This document shows, one piece after another, positions 43,349 to 53,894 of a DNA stretch of 64,000 nucleotides. The DNA comes from an uncultured bacterium (GTDB lineage: Bacteria; Verrucomicrobiota; Verrucomicrobiia; Limisphaerales; UBA8199). The DNA lies in the NCBI GenBank assembly GCA_963749495.1, contig CAVVMW010000012.1, positions 96,001 through 160,000 on the forward strand, read 5' to 3'. The notes beneath the pieces are model-generated. The model had not been told where the DNA came from. It saw nothing but the letters and a program-made list of their open reading frames with translations, and did no database searches. Position 1 is the stretch's first letter, and every line of letters begins with the position of its first letter. The position numbers and the translations under genes were made by a program.

Positions 43349-44911
43349 TCATTCCCCCACCGGTATCCCGTGTACCTGGGCCGGGTTGGTGAAGAGCAAT
43401 TCCTTCATGACCTGGCCGGCGGCATCGAAGTCGTGGTAGAGCGTCGAGGCGCGGTCGGCGACCAATTCGGCCAGGGCGTCGGCCAGGCCCAGGCGCATTG
43501 AGACGTACTTGGCGGCGACCATTTCCACGAAGCGGGCATCGGTGAACCCGCAGGCGATGGATTTGAGCGGGCCCATGCTGAGCTGGTCGCGGACCATCCT
43601 GGCGATCTTGTGGCGGCGGAAATAGTGCCACCAAGGGCCGGCGGAGACATTGCCGACCTGTTTGGCGGCGTTGGCCAGGTCGTTGTAGAGCATCTCGTGG
43701 GCGGAGATGTATTCGAAATGGACGTGCGGGTAACGGCGCCAGACCGGGTACTCCTCCTGCGGCAGGTTGGGGATATACTCGGGGAACGACTGGATCTCGC
43801 GTGCCCAATCCATGAAGTGGCGCGCCCCGCCGCAGAGCTGGAGGCAGACGCCGAACCGGGCGCCGGCGTCCTGGCGTTCCTTGCCGATGTCGTTGAGGCT
43901 CTGGAGCATCGCCTCGGCCACGCAGGCCAGGACCTGTTTGCGGTTCTCGCCATCCAGTTGGGTGCGATGATGCGCTATGGCCCAATCCACGGTCGCCATC
44001 GAATAGGGGCGGCTGAATCGCCAGTCGTGCGCCTGGAATCCGTCCACGTAAAGAATCCGGCTGCGGGGATTGGTCTTGGGGCTGCGCAGGATGCTCCAGA
44101 AAAAGGCGCTGGTCGCCTCCTGGAGGCCCTGCACGTCGCGGATTTCCCGGTCGAAGTATTCCTCGAGGTGGACCAGGTATTTCTCGGCCTCGAACTTGTG
44201 GCCCTGGGTGAAGAGGCCGAAATCGGTGGCGCGCTCCGGCCAGAAGAAGCCGTTGAAATCGAACATGTTCCAGGCCTCGGGATGGGTCGAGAAGGCCAGG
44301 TCAACGTCTTTGGGCCGCACGGGTGGGGCTGGGACCCGGTCGCGGTTCTCGATGCTCGTGACATAGGCGCGGATGTGGTGCTGCCGGAGCACGCTGGCTG
44401 CGAACTCCGGCTCGTGCCGCTCGGCCGCGATAGCATCGGCCACGGTGTCGAAGTGAGCAGGGTCCAGTGGGTCAATATCCTTGGGCACGCCGCGATAGAG
44501 GCGGAACATGTAACGGAGCCACTCGGCGTATTCGGAATAGCGGCTGTCATGGAGTTGTTCGAGGAGGAAGCGGCCGGCGGCGCGGCGCTCCTTGTCGGTG
44601 TTGGTGCCGACGCGGCGGAGGGCGTCGTCGAGCCGGTTGCCGGCCCCTTCGACGACCTGCGCGAACCAGGAATAGAAAAGGCCGTGCGTGGCGTCGGTCA
44701 TGGTGCGGCGGACCAGCCTGCGGCGGCGCAGGCCCTCCTGGACCACGCTGCTCGGCGGTCGGTTGACAGCGGCCTGGGTGCCGGCCAGGTTGCCCGCAGC
44801 CGCTTCTTCGTTGAACCCGGTCAGGTCATCCTGCACATGGGTATGGGCGTCAATGGCCGGCGTAGCCAGCGCCATCTCCTGAAGTCGTGAACGAATCTCG
44901 TCGAAGTTCAT
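43349..44911 (-). CDS. Glucuronate isomerase (UxaC)-like amidohydrolase-fold protein
   Basis: PAIDAHTHV, GPWWHY and GFTDARFVE resemble UxaC motifs; divergent. Confidence 0.6.
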   Translation of the reverse strand: MNFDEIRSRLQEMALATPAIDAHTHVQDDLTGFNEEAAAGNLAGTQAAVNRPPSSVVQEGLRRRRLVRRTMTDATHGLFYSWFAQVVEGAGNRLDDALRRVGTNTDKERRAAGRFLLEQLHDSRYSEYAEWLRYMFRLYRGVPKDIDPLDPAHFDTVADAIAAERHEPEFAASVLRQHHIRAYVTSIENRDRVPAPPVRPKDVDLAFSTHPEAWNMFDFNGFFWPERATDFGLFTQGHKFEAEKYLVHLEEYFDREIRDVQGLQEATSAFFWSILRSPKTNPRSRILYVDGFQAHDWRFSRPYSMATVDWAIAHHRTQLDGENRKQVLACVAEAMLQSLNDIGKERQDAGARFGVCLQLCGGARHFMDWAREIQSFPEYIPNLPQEEYPVWRRYPHVHFEYISAHEMLYNDLANAAKQVGNVSAGPWWHYFRRHKIARMVRDQLSMGPLKSIACGFTDARFVEMVAAKYVSMRLGLADALAELVADRASTLYHDFDAAGQVMKELLFTNPAQVHGIPVGE

Positions 44912-45176
44912 GCAACGAGTTTCCGCGCTGTGGGCTGGCAATGCAAGTCCGGGAGGGACCCCTCACCCCGACCCTCTCCCCTTCCGAAGGGGAGAGGGAG
45001 AAGCATCGGCAGTCTCTCGAACTTCCATAGTGTCTCCGCTTCCTCAACACGCTGCGGAGAATTCTCCCTCTCCCCATCCGATGGGGAGAGGGTTGGGGTG
45101 AGGGGTCCGCCCGATCCCCGGGCGCGCGCGAATGCGGCTTTGCCTGGCCGCCGGGCTCTGTTATCATGGATTCTAT

Positions 45177-47318
45177 ATGACTCACTGCACGATGGGAGAT
45201 TTCAACGAATGGCTCGGCCCGGCCGGCATGGCGGCCACGGTATTGTTGGTTTGCCTGACGCAAGCGGTCAATGCGTCGGCTGGCGAGCCGGCCGGGCCGG
45301 TGGCGGAAGACCCCTACCTGTGGCTGGAAGACGTCGGCGGCCAGAAGGCCCTGGACTGGGTCCGGCAACAGAACGCCCAGAGCACCCGCGAACTGGAGGG
45401 CGCCCCGGACTTCGAGCCCGTGCGCCGCCGACTGCTCTCGATTCTCGACTCGAAAGAGCGGATACCGTACGTGACCAAGCACGGCCCCTGGTGCTACAAT
45501 TTCTGGCGAGACCAGAAGAACGTCCGCGGCCTCTGGCGGCGCGCGACACTCGAGGAATACAAAAAGCCGGAGCCGGCCTGGCAAGTGGTGCTCGATCTCG
45601 ACAAGCTGGCCGAGGCGGAAAAGGAGAACTGGGTTTGGAAGGGCTATGACATCCTTCATCCCACCTTCGATCGCTGCCTGGTCCTGCTCTCGCGCGGCGG
45701 AGCCGACGCGACGGTCGTCCGCGAGTTCGACCTGAAGACCCTGTGCTTTGTTGACGGCGGTTTTTATCTGCCCGAGGCCAAGAGCGATTTGGCTTGGCGC
45801 GACCGCGACACTCTCTACGTGGGGACCGATTTCGGCCCCGGCTCGCTCACCAGCTCCGGCTACCCGCGGCTGGTCAAGGAGTGGAAGCGCGGCACGCCGC
45901 TGGCCCAAGCGACGGCCGTCTTCGAGGGCAAAGCGGAGGACGTGAGCGTAGCGGCGGCCGTCATCCACGATCACGGCCGGAAATACGAGTTCATCCATCG
46001 CGGCGTGACGTTCTTCACCAGCGAGCAGTTGGTCCGGCGCGGCGAAAACTGGGTGAAGCTCGACAAGCCCGAGGATGCCCAGGCCGGCACCTTCCAGGAC
46101 CAGCTTCTGCTGACGCTGCGCTCGGACTGGACGGTCCAGGGCAAGACCTACCCGGCCGGGGCGCTGCTGGCAGCCGACTTCGAGGGGTGCCTCAAGGGCG
46201 AGCGGCAATTTGCGGTGCTCTTCGAGCCGACCCCGCGCACGAGCCTGGCCGGCATCAGCCAGACCAAGCACTGGCTGATCCTCGATGAGCTGGACAACGT
46301 CCGCAGCCGGCTCTACGTGCTCCAGCGCCAGAACGGCGCCTGGAGCCGGACGCCGCTCGAGGCCCCGGCCTTCGGCTCGGCCAGCGCGAGCGGCGTCGAC
46401 CCCGACGAGTCGGACGACTACTTCCTGACCGTGACGGATTTCCTGACCCCTTCGAGCCTTTACCTGGGCACGCTGGGCCGGCCGGAGCGCCAGCCGCTCA
46501 AGAGCCTGCCGGCGTTCTTCAACGCCGAGGGCCTCCAAATCAGCCAGCACGAGGCTGCCTCCAAAGACGGCACCCGGGTCCCTTACTTCCAGGTGAGCCG
46601 GAAGGAGTTGGCCCTGGAGGGCCGCAGCCCGACGCTGCTCTACGGCTACGGGGGTTTCCAGATTTCCATGCTGCCCAACTACAATGGCGGGGTTGGCTCG
46701 GCCTGGCTGGAGCGCGGCGGGGTGTTTATCCTGGCCAACATCCGCGGCGGCGGCGAGTTCGGCCCCAAGTGGCACGAGGCGGCGCGCAAGGCGCACCGGC
46801 AGCGCGCCTACGATGACTTCATCGCGGTGGCCGAAGACCTGGTCGCGCGCCGGGTGACCTCGCCTGCCCACCTGGGCATTCAAGGCGGCTCCAACGGCGG
46901 CCTCCTCATGGGCGTCATGCTCACCGAGCGGCCCGACCTCTTCAAAGCCGTCGTCTGCCAGGCCCCGCTGCTGGACATGCGCCGCTTCAACAAACTGCTG
47001 GCCGGCGCAAGCTGGATGGACGAATACGGCAATCCCGACAAGCCCGAGGAGTGGGCCTACATCAGCCAATTCTCTCCGTATCAGAACGTCGCCAAAGACA
47101 AGCACTACCCGCGCGTGCTCTTCACCACCTCGACCCGCGACGACCGGGTCCATCCGGGCCACGCCCGCAAGATGGCGGCCCGGATGAAGGAGCAGGGCCA
47201 CGACGTGCTCTACTACGAGAACATCGAGGGCGGCCACGGCGGCGCGGCCGACAACAAGCAGGCCGCCTATATGTCCGCCCTGGCCTATACGTTCCTGGCC
47301 AGGGAGCTGGGATTGTAA
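45177..47318 (+). CDS. Prolyl oligopeptidase (S9A)
   Basis: DPYLWLED, YGYGGF, GGSNGG, DDRVHP and GGH catalytic motifs; start uncertain. Confidence 0.95.
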   Translation: MTHCTMGDFNEWLGPAGMAATVLLVCLTQAVNASAGEPAGPVAEDPYLWLEDVGGQKALDWVRQQNAQSTRELEGAPDFEPVRRRLLSILDSKERIPYVTKHGPWCYNFWRDQKNVRGLWRRATLEEYKKPEPAWQVVLDLDKLAEAEKENWVWKGYDILHPTFDRCLVLLSRGGADATVVREFDLKTLCFVDGGFYLPEAKSDLAWRDRDTLYVGTDFGPGSLTSSGYPRLVKEWKRGTPLAQATAVFEGKAEDVSVAAAVIHDHGRKYEFIHRGVTFFTSEQLVRRGENWVKLDKPEDAQAGTFQDQLLLTLRSDWTVQGKTYPAGALLAADFEGCLKGERQFAVLFEPTPRTSLAGISQTKHWLILDELDNVRSRLYVLQRQNGAWSRTPLEAPAFGSASASGVDPDESDDYFLTVTDFLTPSSLYLGTLGRPERQPLKSLPAFFNAEGLQISQHEAASKDGTRVPYFQVSRKELALEGRSPTLLYGYGGFQISMLPNYNGGVGSAWLERGGVFILANIRGGGEFGPKWHEAARKAHRQRAYDDFIAVAEDLVARRVTSPAHLGIQGGSNGGLLMGVMLTERPDLFKAVVCQAPLLDMRRFNKLLAGASWMDEYGNPDKPEEWAYISQFSPYQNVAKDKHYPRVLFTTSTRDDRVHPGHARKMAARMKEQGHDVLYYENIEGGHGGAADNKQAAYMSALAYTFLARELGL

Positions 47319-47631
47319 GGCGGGGCCGGCGCTGTCCTGTTATGGGACAGCGCCCGTTCGGACGCGCCGGGGGTAATCGGTGAAGGCGGAAAGGGAGTCC
47401 CCGGTGAACCCCTCACCCCGGCCCTCTCCCCTTCCGAAGGGGAGAGGGAGAAATATCGGCAGTCTCTGGAGCTTCGGGGCGTGTCCGCGTCCTCATGCCG
47501 CTACCGGGGATTCTCCCTCTCCCCTTCCGAAGGGGAGAGGGCCGGGGTGAGGGGTTGGCCCGCGGTGCCGCTCCCGCTGTCACGGCGTCCTTGCCGCCGG
47601 GCAAATTCCGGGTTGATCTGCCTTGGGGCGC

Positions 47632-47647
47632 TGGCATAGACTTGGAT
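47632..47647 (+). promoter_or_regulatory. Imperfect sigma54 promoter for pilin 1
   Basis: TGGCATAGACTTGGAT (GG-N10-GA). Confidence 0.45.
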
Positions 47648-47741
47648 GGCGGTTAGTTGCCGGCAATACGTGAACGCCTTTTGTAATCATAGTTATAACC
47701 GCCGGCAGCTTGGTTCACACCGCTCCAGTAGAAAGGTCCGT

Positions 47742-48119
47742 ATGAAAACAAGCATAAACGGGAAGCGCGGCTTCACCCTGGTGGAGATCATGATTGTGGT
47801 GGCCATCATTGGCCTGTTGGCCTCGATCGCCATCCCGAATTTCGTGAAGGCCCGCACCACGGCCCAGCAGAAGGCCTGCATCAGCAACCTCCAGCAGATC
47901 AACGGCGCGATCCAGCGTTGGGCGCTGGACCTCAACAAGGCCCAGGGCCAAGCGGTGACTTACAGCGACATCAGCAGCTATCTCCAGCGGTCGGTCACGT
48001 GCCCCTCGGGCGGCTCGACCTTCGATGACAGCTACACCATAACGACTGTGGACGCCCCACCCGCCTGCCAGCGCGTCCCCAGCGGCCCCAACGCCCACGT
48101 CCTGCCCTCCTCGAATTGA
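47742..48119 (+). CDS. Type IV pilin-like protein 1
   Basis: G|FTLVEIMIVVAIIGLLA class III signal; Cys pairs. Confidence 0.9.
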   Translation: MKTSINGKRGFTLVEIMIVVAIIGLLASIAIPNFVKARTTAQQKACISNLQQINGAIQRWALDLNKAQGQAVTYSDISSYLQRSVTCPSGGSTFDDSYTITTVDAPPACQRVPSGPNAHVLPSSN

Positions 48120-48247
48120 GCAGAAAAGGCTAAAGGCTAAGGGCTAAAGGCTAAAGTAAAGACCGAAGAGGGGAGGGGAAGGCGATGGAGCCTGGATAGC
48201 GGCGCTTTGGCTGGTGCGGTTACAAGTGTCGGGCGCACGCTCTGGTG

Positions 48248-48437
48248 CCGCCCCGGAGGGGCGCCTGACAATGGCGCAACGTTTCAGCGTTGGGGCGTGC
48301 GCTCGGCAGGAATGAGTCCCGAACCGGCGGCTGCCCTGCTCCTGGACTTCAACCGTCCCTCCGGGACGGAGAGGTTCTCACCACGCCGCCACCCAACGCT
48401 GAAGCGTTGGGCTATTCTCGGATGTCCCTCCGGGACA
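48248..48437. repeat. REP-like element (AACGTTTCAGCGTTGG / CCAACGCTGAAGCGTT; GTCCCTCCGGGAC)
   Basis: Inverted arms read directly. Confidence 0.65.
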
Positions 48438-48538
48438 AGACCCCCCAGGCCCCATGCCCGCCGCCGTCAAATCGCACCCTGCTTTACCCCTTAGCCTTCA
48501 GCCTTCAGCCTTCAGCCTTTAGCCTTTAGCCTTGTCTT

Positions 48539-48554
48539 TGGCACCCGTCTTGCT
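48539..48554 (+). promoter_or_regulatory. sigma54 -24/-12 promoter for pilin 2
   Basis: TGGCACCCGTCTTGCT. Confidence 0.8.
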
Positions 48555-48661
48555 CAAGGCCAGTCGCGGTTGCACCAGGCAATTCGTGAACAAATGCCCG
48601 TAATGATCCTAACCCGCCTGGCGCAAGTTCACACCGCCCAATACAGAAAGGCAAAGTTAGT

Positions 48662-49048
48662 ATGAAAAAAACCTCCCGCAAGTCAGGCTTCACCCTGGTC
48701 GAAATCATGATCGTCGTGGCGATCATCGGCCTGTTGGCCGCCATCGCCATCCCCAACTTCGTCCGGGCGCGCAAGACCTCCCAGACCAATGCGTGCATCA
48801 ACAACCTGCGCCAGATCAACGGGGCCAAGCAGCAGTGGGCGCTGGAAAACGGCAAGAAAAGCGCCAACGTCCCGATCGGCGCCAACCTCCAGGTTTACCT
48901 GGGCCGCGGCAACCTCGGCTCGATCAACAACCTCTATTGCCCGCTGAGCACACCAGGCCCGCTCAACGGCTACACCATCGGCAGCGTCGGCGTGGCCCCG
49001 GTCTGCCTGAACTTTGACGCGACAGCCCATAACGCCGTCCTGAACTGA
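48662..49048 (+). CDS. Type IV pilin-like protein 2
   Basis: G|FTLVEIMIVVAIIGLLAAIAIPNF. Confidence 0.92.
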   Translation: MKKTSRKSGFTLVEIMIVVAIIGLLAAIAIPNFVRARKTSQTNACINNLRQINGAKQQWALENGKKSANVPIGANLQVYLGRGNLGSINNLYCPLSTPGPLNGYTIGSVGVAPVCLNFDATAHNAVLN

Positions 49049-49070
49049 CCTTTCCAACCAACGCCGAATC

Positions 49071-49107
49071 GGACGGGCCTGGGTTTCTCCAGGCCCGTTC
49101 TTTTTTT
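49071..49107 (+). terminator. Rho-independent terminator after pilin 2
   Basis: GGACGGGCCTGG / CCAGGCCCGTTC stem followed by T7. Confidence 0.85.
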
Positions 49108-49228
49108 GCCCGGGGCCGGCAGCCCGGCCCCCAACCTATTGTCTCAGGGCTGGACACGGAGGCTCAAAATCGGACAGTCGGGTCCTTGGGCAACGCCCTA
49201 CTGCCCCGGACTTTGACTGATTGTCACG

Positions 49229-49309
49229 ACCTTTGTCGCAGCCTTTGCCGAAACCTTTGTCGAAATCCGGCTGAGCTCGACAAAGGCTGCGACAAAGGCT
49301 GCGACAAAG
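49229..49309. repeat. Inverted 12-mer tandem tracts (CTTTGTCG / CGACAAAG); second copy at 58211-58292
   Basis: Read directly at both sites. Confidence 0.85.
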
Positions 49310-49423
49310 CTGCCAAAGTCATCCAAAGTCGGGTGCAGCAGGGCAACGCCCCGGGTTTCCGTGCGCCTGCCCCCAGCCCATCGCTGCGCGATGGAACCCG
49401 AAATCCATGGGCCGGGCTTGGGG

Positions 49424-49439
49424 TGGCATCAAGTTTGCT
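49424..49439 (+). promoter_or_regulatory. sigma54 promoter for pilin 3
   Basis: TGGCATCAAGTTTGCT. Confidence 0.8.
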
Positions 49440-49548
49440 TGCAACCAATCGCGCAACGGCAGCAAGCAATACGTGAACGCGAACTGTAGTCGGTCCTGAA
49501 CCGCTTGCCGCCTGTTCACATTGCGCATTACAGAAAGGCAAAGTTATT

Positions 49549-49935
49549 ATGAGAAAAACCTCACGCAAATCGGGCTTCACGCTGGTCGAGATCATGATCG
49601 TCGTGGCCATCATCGGCCTGTTGGCCGCCATCGCCATCCCCAACTTCGTCCGTGCGCGCAAGACCTCCCAGACCAATGCGTGCATCAACAACCTGCGCCA
49701 GATCAACGGGGCCAAGCAGCAGTGGGCGCTGGAAAACGGCAAGAAGAGCGCGGATATCCCGGGCAACGCCGACATCCAGGTTTACCTGGGCCGCAGCAAC
49801 CTCGGCTCGATCAACAACCTCTATTGCCCGCTGAGCACACCAGGCCCGCTGGCCGGCTACACCATCGGCAGCGTCGGCGTGGCCCCGGTCTGCCTGAACT
49901 TTGACGCGACAGCCCATAACGCCGTCCTGAACTAG
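49549..49935 (+). CDS. Type IV pilin-like protein 3 (near-duplicate of pilin 2)
   Basis: Same length (128 aa) and nearly identical sequence. Confidence 0.92.
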   Translation: MRKTSRKSGFTLVEIMIVVAIIGLLAAIAIPNFVRARKTSQTNACINNLRQINGAKQQWALENGKKSADIPGNADIQVYLGRSNLGSINNLYCPLSTPGPLAGYTIGSVGVAPVCLNFDATAHNAVLN

Positions 49936-49993
49936 CGTGCCCATCTCGATGTTGGAACAGGCCTGCGCATCCCTCAGGCCTGTCCTGCATTCC

Positions 49994-50009
49994 TGGCATC
50001 GGCGCTGCT
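49994..50009 (+). promoter_or_regulatory. sigma54 promoter for pilin 4
   Basis: TGGCATCGGCGCTGCT. Confidence 0.65.
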
Positions 50010-50081
50010 TCTCAAAGCAGAGGAAACAGGAGCCTGGCCCGCCAACGCACGGGCCAGGCAGAGTTCGGAAGCCCATTCCGT

Positions 50082-50474
50082 ATGAAGACGCATCGCTTTG
50101 GTCAGCCTGGCTTTACGCTCATCGAGATCATGATCGTGGTGGCCATCATCGGGATGTTGGCTGCGATAGCCATTCCCAACTTCGTGCGCGCCCGCAAGAC
50201 CTCCGTGACCAACGCCTGTATCAACAACTTGCGGGAGATCGACGACGCCAAGCAACAATGGGCGCTGGAAGCCGGCAAGAGCAGCGGCGATACGCCGCTC
50301 CCGGCCGACATCCAGCCCTACATGGGGCGGGGCAACCAGGGCAGCCTCGCCAGGGTCTATTGCCCCTTGATCATGCCTGGAACTCCCATGGCCGGCTACA
50401 CGGTCAATGCCGTCGGCACACCGCCTGTCTGCAATCAGTTCGACGCCTCCGAGCATCCCGCCGTGATCAACTGA
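50082..50474 (+). CDS. Type IV pilin-like protein 4
   Basis: G|FTLIEIMIVVAIIGMLA. Confidence 0.92.
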   Translation: MKTHRFGQPGFTLIEIMIVVAIIGMLAAIAIPNFVRARKTSVTNACINNLREIDDAKQQWALEAGKSSGDTPLPADIQPYMGRGNQGSLARVYCPLIMPGTPMAGYTVNAVGTPPVCNQFDASEHPAVIN

Positions 50475-50654
50475 CGGGACGCCATCCCTCCGGGACGAGC
50501 ATGAATCCTGGTGTGGTGTCCCGATCTCGGGTGGCTGGATTCAGACCCGGTGGCGGAATTAACCGCAAAGAACGCAAAGATCACAAAGAAAGGCCTCGAT
50601 CCTTTCTGTCTTTGCGTTCTTTGTGATCTCTGGGGTTAGTTTTGCCACCAACTC

Positions 50655-50915
50655 TCAGAAGCGGGCGGCGGGCTCGTCAATATTCGGCACGGCCTGGGTG
50701 TCATCCGGGCCGTTGCTCTGGCCCCGGATGATGCTGGCGTACAAGAACCAGACCAATGCGGCGCCGACCACCGCGATCAGGGCCACGCCGAGAGCGATGT
50801 CCCTGCGGCTGACGCCGAATTGGTTGTAGGTGGAGAAATGGCGGTGTCTGCGCCGCACGCGCACGTGGTGTCGCGGCGGCTCTTGCGGCGCAGATGTGTC
50901 GAGCGGGTCCTTCAT
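50655..50915 (-). CDS. Small single-TM hypothetical protein
   Basis: Arg/His-rich N-terminus followed by a hydrophobic helix. Confidence 0.55.
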   Translation of the reverse strand: MKDPLDTSAPQEPPRHHVRVRRRHRHFSTYNQFGVSRRDIALGVALIAVVGAALVWFLYASIIRGQSNGPDDTQAVPNIDEPAARF

Positions 50916-51025
50916 ACCCCGTTGGGCTGGTCCTGGCGTTATAGTGCGGCAGTTTTAGCAAGGAGGCCCGGTTTTGTCAAGCCTGGTTCGCGAGGTTCGC
51001 GAGGTCATCACTTTGTGAACGACCC

Positions 51026-51784
51026 TCACTTGGCACCAAAGACGCCGTCGAGGATGACCTCTTTGGTCTTCCAGAGCAGGGCCATGGTCATGGCCAGGGG
51101 GAGCAGGAGCAGGGGGATGAGCGGGACCAGGTAGAGGACATTGCTCTGGTCCAGGGCGGCGGTGAGCCGCTCGGCCCAAGGTGGCAGGTGCCAGAAAGAA
51201 TGGTTGAGCGCCAGGCAAGCGGCGGCCAGCGCCAGGAGGGTCAGGAGCAGGTTGAGGTTGAGTGTGGTGAACTGCTTGATTTCCAGGCGCAGGCCCTCGT
51301 CGGGCAGCATGGCGCCCAGGCGCCGCAAGACGTGGTTGAGGCTGCCCAGAAACAGCAGGCTGAAGAGGCCCAGCAGCAGGACCATCAGGAAGAAGAAGGC
51401 GTTGGCGGGCACCCGGCTCGACCAGTAGAGGAAGGGGCTGAGGCTGAGATTGACCAGGCTAAGGACCTGGGCCCGCTCCAAGGCGTTGCGCCAGACCCGC
51501 TCCTGCTTCTGAAAGGAGCCGAGCTGCCACAGGCCGTAGGCCAGCCAACCCGTGCAGACCACCGGGGGCACGATGCCGAAGGGTCTTGCCCCCTCGCCCC
51601 GGGCGGTGTAGAAGCAGATGACGAGCGCGCTGGGCAGCCCCCAGAACAGAGTCGAGAGGCCCCGCACCAAACAGCCCAGCGAGCGGAGCAGCTCGGGGTT
51701 GGGGCGTGGCTCGGGCATGGCGGGAGAGGGCTGGTTTTCGGTGCCGCTGTGTCCGTCAGGCCCTGTCAGCAAAGGATAATTCAA
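51026..51784 (-). CDS. Hypothetical integral membrane protein
   Basis: Multiple hydrophobic helices; co-oriented with speA. Confidence 0.7.
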   Translation of the reverse strand: MNYPLLTGPDGHSGTENQPSPAMPEPRPNPELLRSLGCLVRGLSTLFWGLPSALVICFYTARGEGARPFGIVPPVVCTGWLAYGLWQLGSFQKQERVWRNALERAQVLSLVNLSLSPFLYWSSRVPANAFFFLMVLLLGLFSLLFLGSLNHVLRRLGAMLPDEGLRLEIKQFTTLNLNLLLTLLALAAACLALNHSFWHLPPWAERLTAALDQSNVLYLVPLIPLLLLPLAMTMALLWKTKEVILDGVFGAK

Positions 51785-51825
51785 AATCCGATTTCTGGTT
51801 TCGTCCGCACTGAGATGGTTCGGGT

Positions 51826-53767
51826 CTAAAAGCTCAGGTAGGTGTATTCCTTCAGACCGCGTTCATAATCGTCGAGCAGGCGCATGGCCTCGGAGGGTTT
51901 CATCCGGTCGGACTTGATGGCCTCGTCGACCTGGGCCTTCATCTGGCGTTTGAGTTCCTTCTCATCGTATTGGACGGAGTCAAGGGCCTGGGCGATGGTG
52001 TTGCCCTCGATGATTTCCTCGACGTAGTAGCCGGCGGGTTCGTCGGGGTCGAGGAAGACGTGGACCTCGTTGACGCGGCCGAAGAGGTTGTGGAGGTCGC
52101 CCATGATGTCCTGGTAGGCGCCCATGAGGAAGATGCCCAGGTAATAGGGTTCGAGTTGGCCGTTGCCGTTGGTGCGCAGTGGGTGCAGGGGGAGGGTGTC
52201 GCGCACGTCGCGGAGGTCCACGAACTTGTTGACCTGGCCGTCGGAATCGCAAGTGATGTCGACCAGCGTGGCCTCGCGGGTGGGGCGTTGGTGCAAGCGG
52301 CTGAGCGGCATGATGGGGAAGAGCTGCCCCAGCGCCCAGTGATCCAGCAGCGATTGAAAGACCGAGAAGTTGCACAGGTACTGGTCGCCCAGGCTGTCTT
52401 CGAGCTGGCGAATCTCCTCGGGCACGTAGGCCTGGCCCTTGAACGAGTCCGCCACGCCGCGGCTGATCTCCCAGTAGAGGCTCTCGATCTTGGCCTTGTC
52501 GGGCAAATCCATCATGCCGAGGTTGAACATGTGCTGGGCGTCTTCCTTCCGCTCCAGGGCGTCGTGGTAGGCCTCCAGCTTGTTGAGCCGGGGGAGGTTC
52601 TTCTGGATGTCGAGCAGCTCCTTGACCAGCGGGTGCTCGTTCTCGCCATATTGGAAGCCCTCGCCGGGCCTGAGTTTTTCGATGGCCCCGAAGACCTCGA
52701 TGATGAGCACGCTGTGGTGGGCGACGACGGCCCGGCCGCTCTCGCTGATGATGTCCGGGTGGGGCACCTTCTCGGTGTTGCAGACATCGGCGATGTAATA
52801 GACGATGTCGTTGGCGTATTCCTGCAGGGTGTAATTGGTCGAACTGTCGAAGGCCGAGCGGCTGCCGTCATAATCCACGCCCAGCCCGCCGCCGACGTCC
52901 AGGGTCCTGGATGCGGAAGCCGGCCTTGTAGAGCTTGGCGTAGAACCGGGCCGCCTCCTGGACGGCGCGTTTGACGATGAGGATGTCCGGCACCTGGGAG
53001 CCGATGTGGAAATGGAGCAGCTTGAAGCAATACCCCAGGTTCTCCGCCTGGAGCATCGCCGTGGCTGTCAGCAACTCGGCCGTGCTGAGGCCGAACTTGG
53101 CATTTTCGCCGGCGCTCTCGGCCCACTTGCCGGCGCCCTTGCTCAACAAGCGCACGCGCACTCCGATCAACGGCTCGACCCCCAGTTGCTTGGAGAGGTT
53201 GATGATCTGCCGCAGCTCCTCCAGTTTCTCCACCACCATGATGACCTTCTTGCCCAGCTTGGTGCCCAGCAACGCCACGCGGATGAAACTGGCGTCCTTG
53301 TAGCCGTTGCACACGATGAGGCTGCCAAGCTGGCTCTGCAGGGCCAGCCCCGCAAACAGCTCCGGCTTGCTCCCCACCTCCAGCCCGAAATCATAAGGCC
53401 GGCCCGCATCGAGGATCTCCTCGACCACCTCGCGCAGTTGGTTGACCTTGATGGGGAAGACCCCGCGATACATGCCCTGGTAATTGAACTCGGCGATGGC
53501 GCTGCGAAAGGAGAGGTTGATCGACTCGACCCGGTGGCGCAGGATGTCCTGGAACCGGACCAGCACCGGAAACTTCAGCCCCCGCGCCTTGGCCTCCTCG
53601 ATGACGTCCGTCAGGTCCACCGACGCCCCGGCGTCGCGCAACGGCTTGGCGATCACGTGCCCGGCATCGTTGATGTCGAAATACTCCGCCCCCCACCGAT
53701 GAATGTTATAAAGGTTCCGCGCGTCCTGGATGTCCCAGGTTTCGTTGCCGTCTTGCGAGTTGCTCAT
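51826..53767 (-). CDS. speA: Biosynthetic arginine decarboxylase (frameshift ~52905)
   Basis: VFPIKVNQ, GLEVGSKPEL, HFHIGSQ, NFSVFQSLLDHW, DITCDSDG and GAYQDIMGDLHNLFG. Confidence 0.93.
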
Positions 53768-53894
53768 TGCTCGTGCTTGCGCTTCAGATCGATGCGCACT
53801 ATAGAACGCTGGCCGTGGAATTCAATACGCGGTTTGAAAAAAAGGCTGAAGGCTGAAGGCTGAAGGCTAAAGGCCCAAATTTAGCCTTTAGCCT

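Noticed and set aside
48662..49935. Pilin 2/3 pair as a DGR template/variable repeat
   Set aside because: Differences are not confined to adenines of one copy (for example gcc/gcg, atc/ggc, ggc/aac), and no reverse transcriptase is in the window
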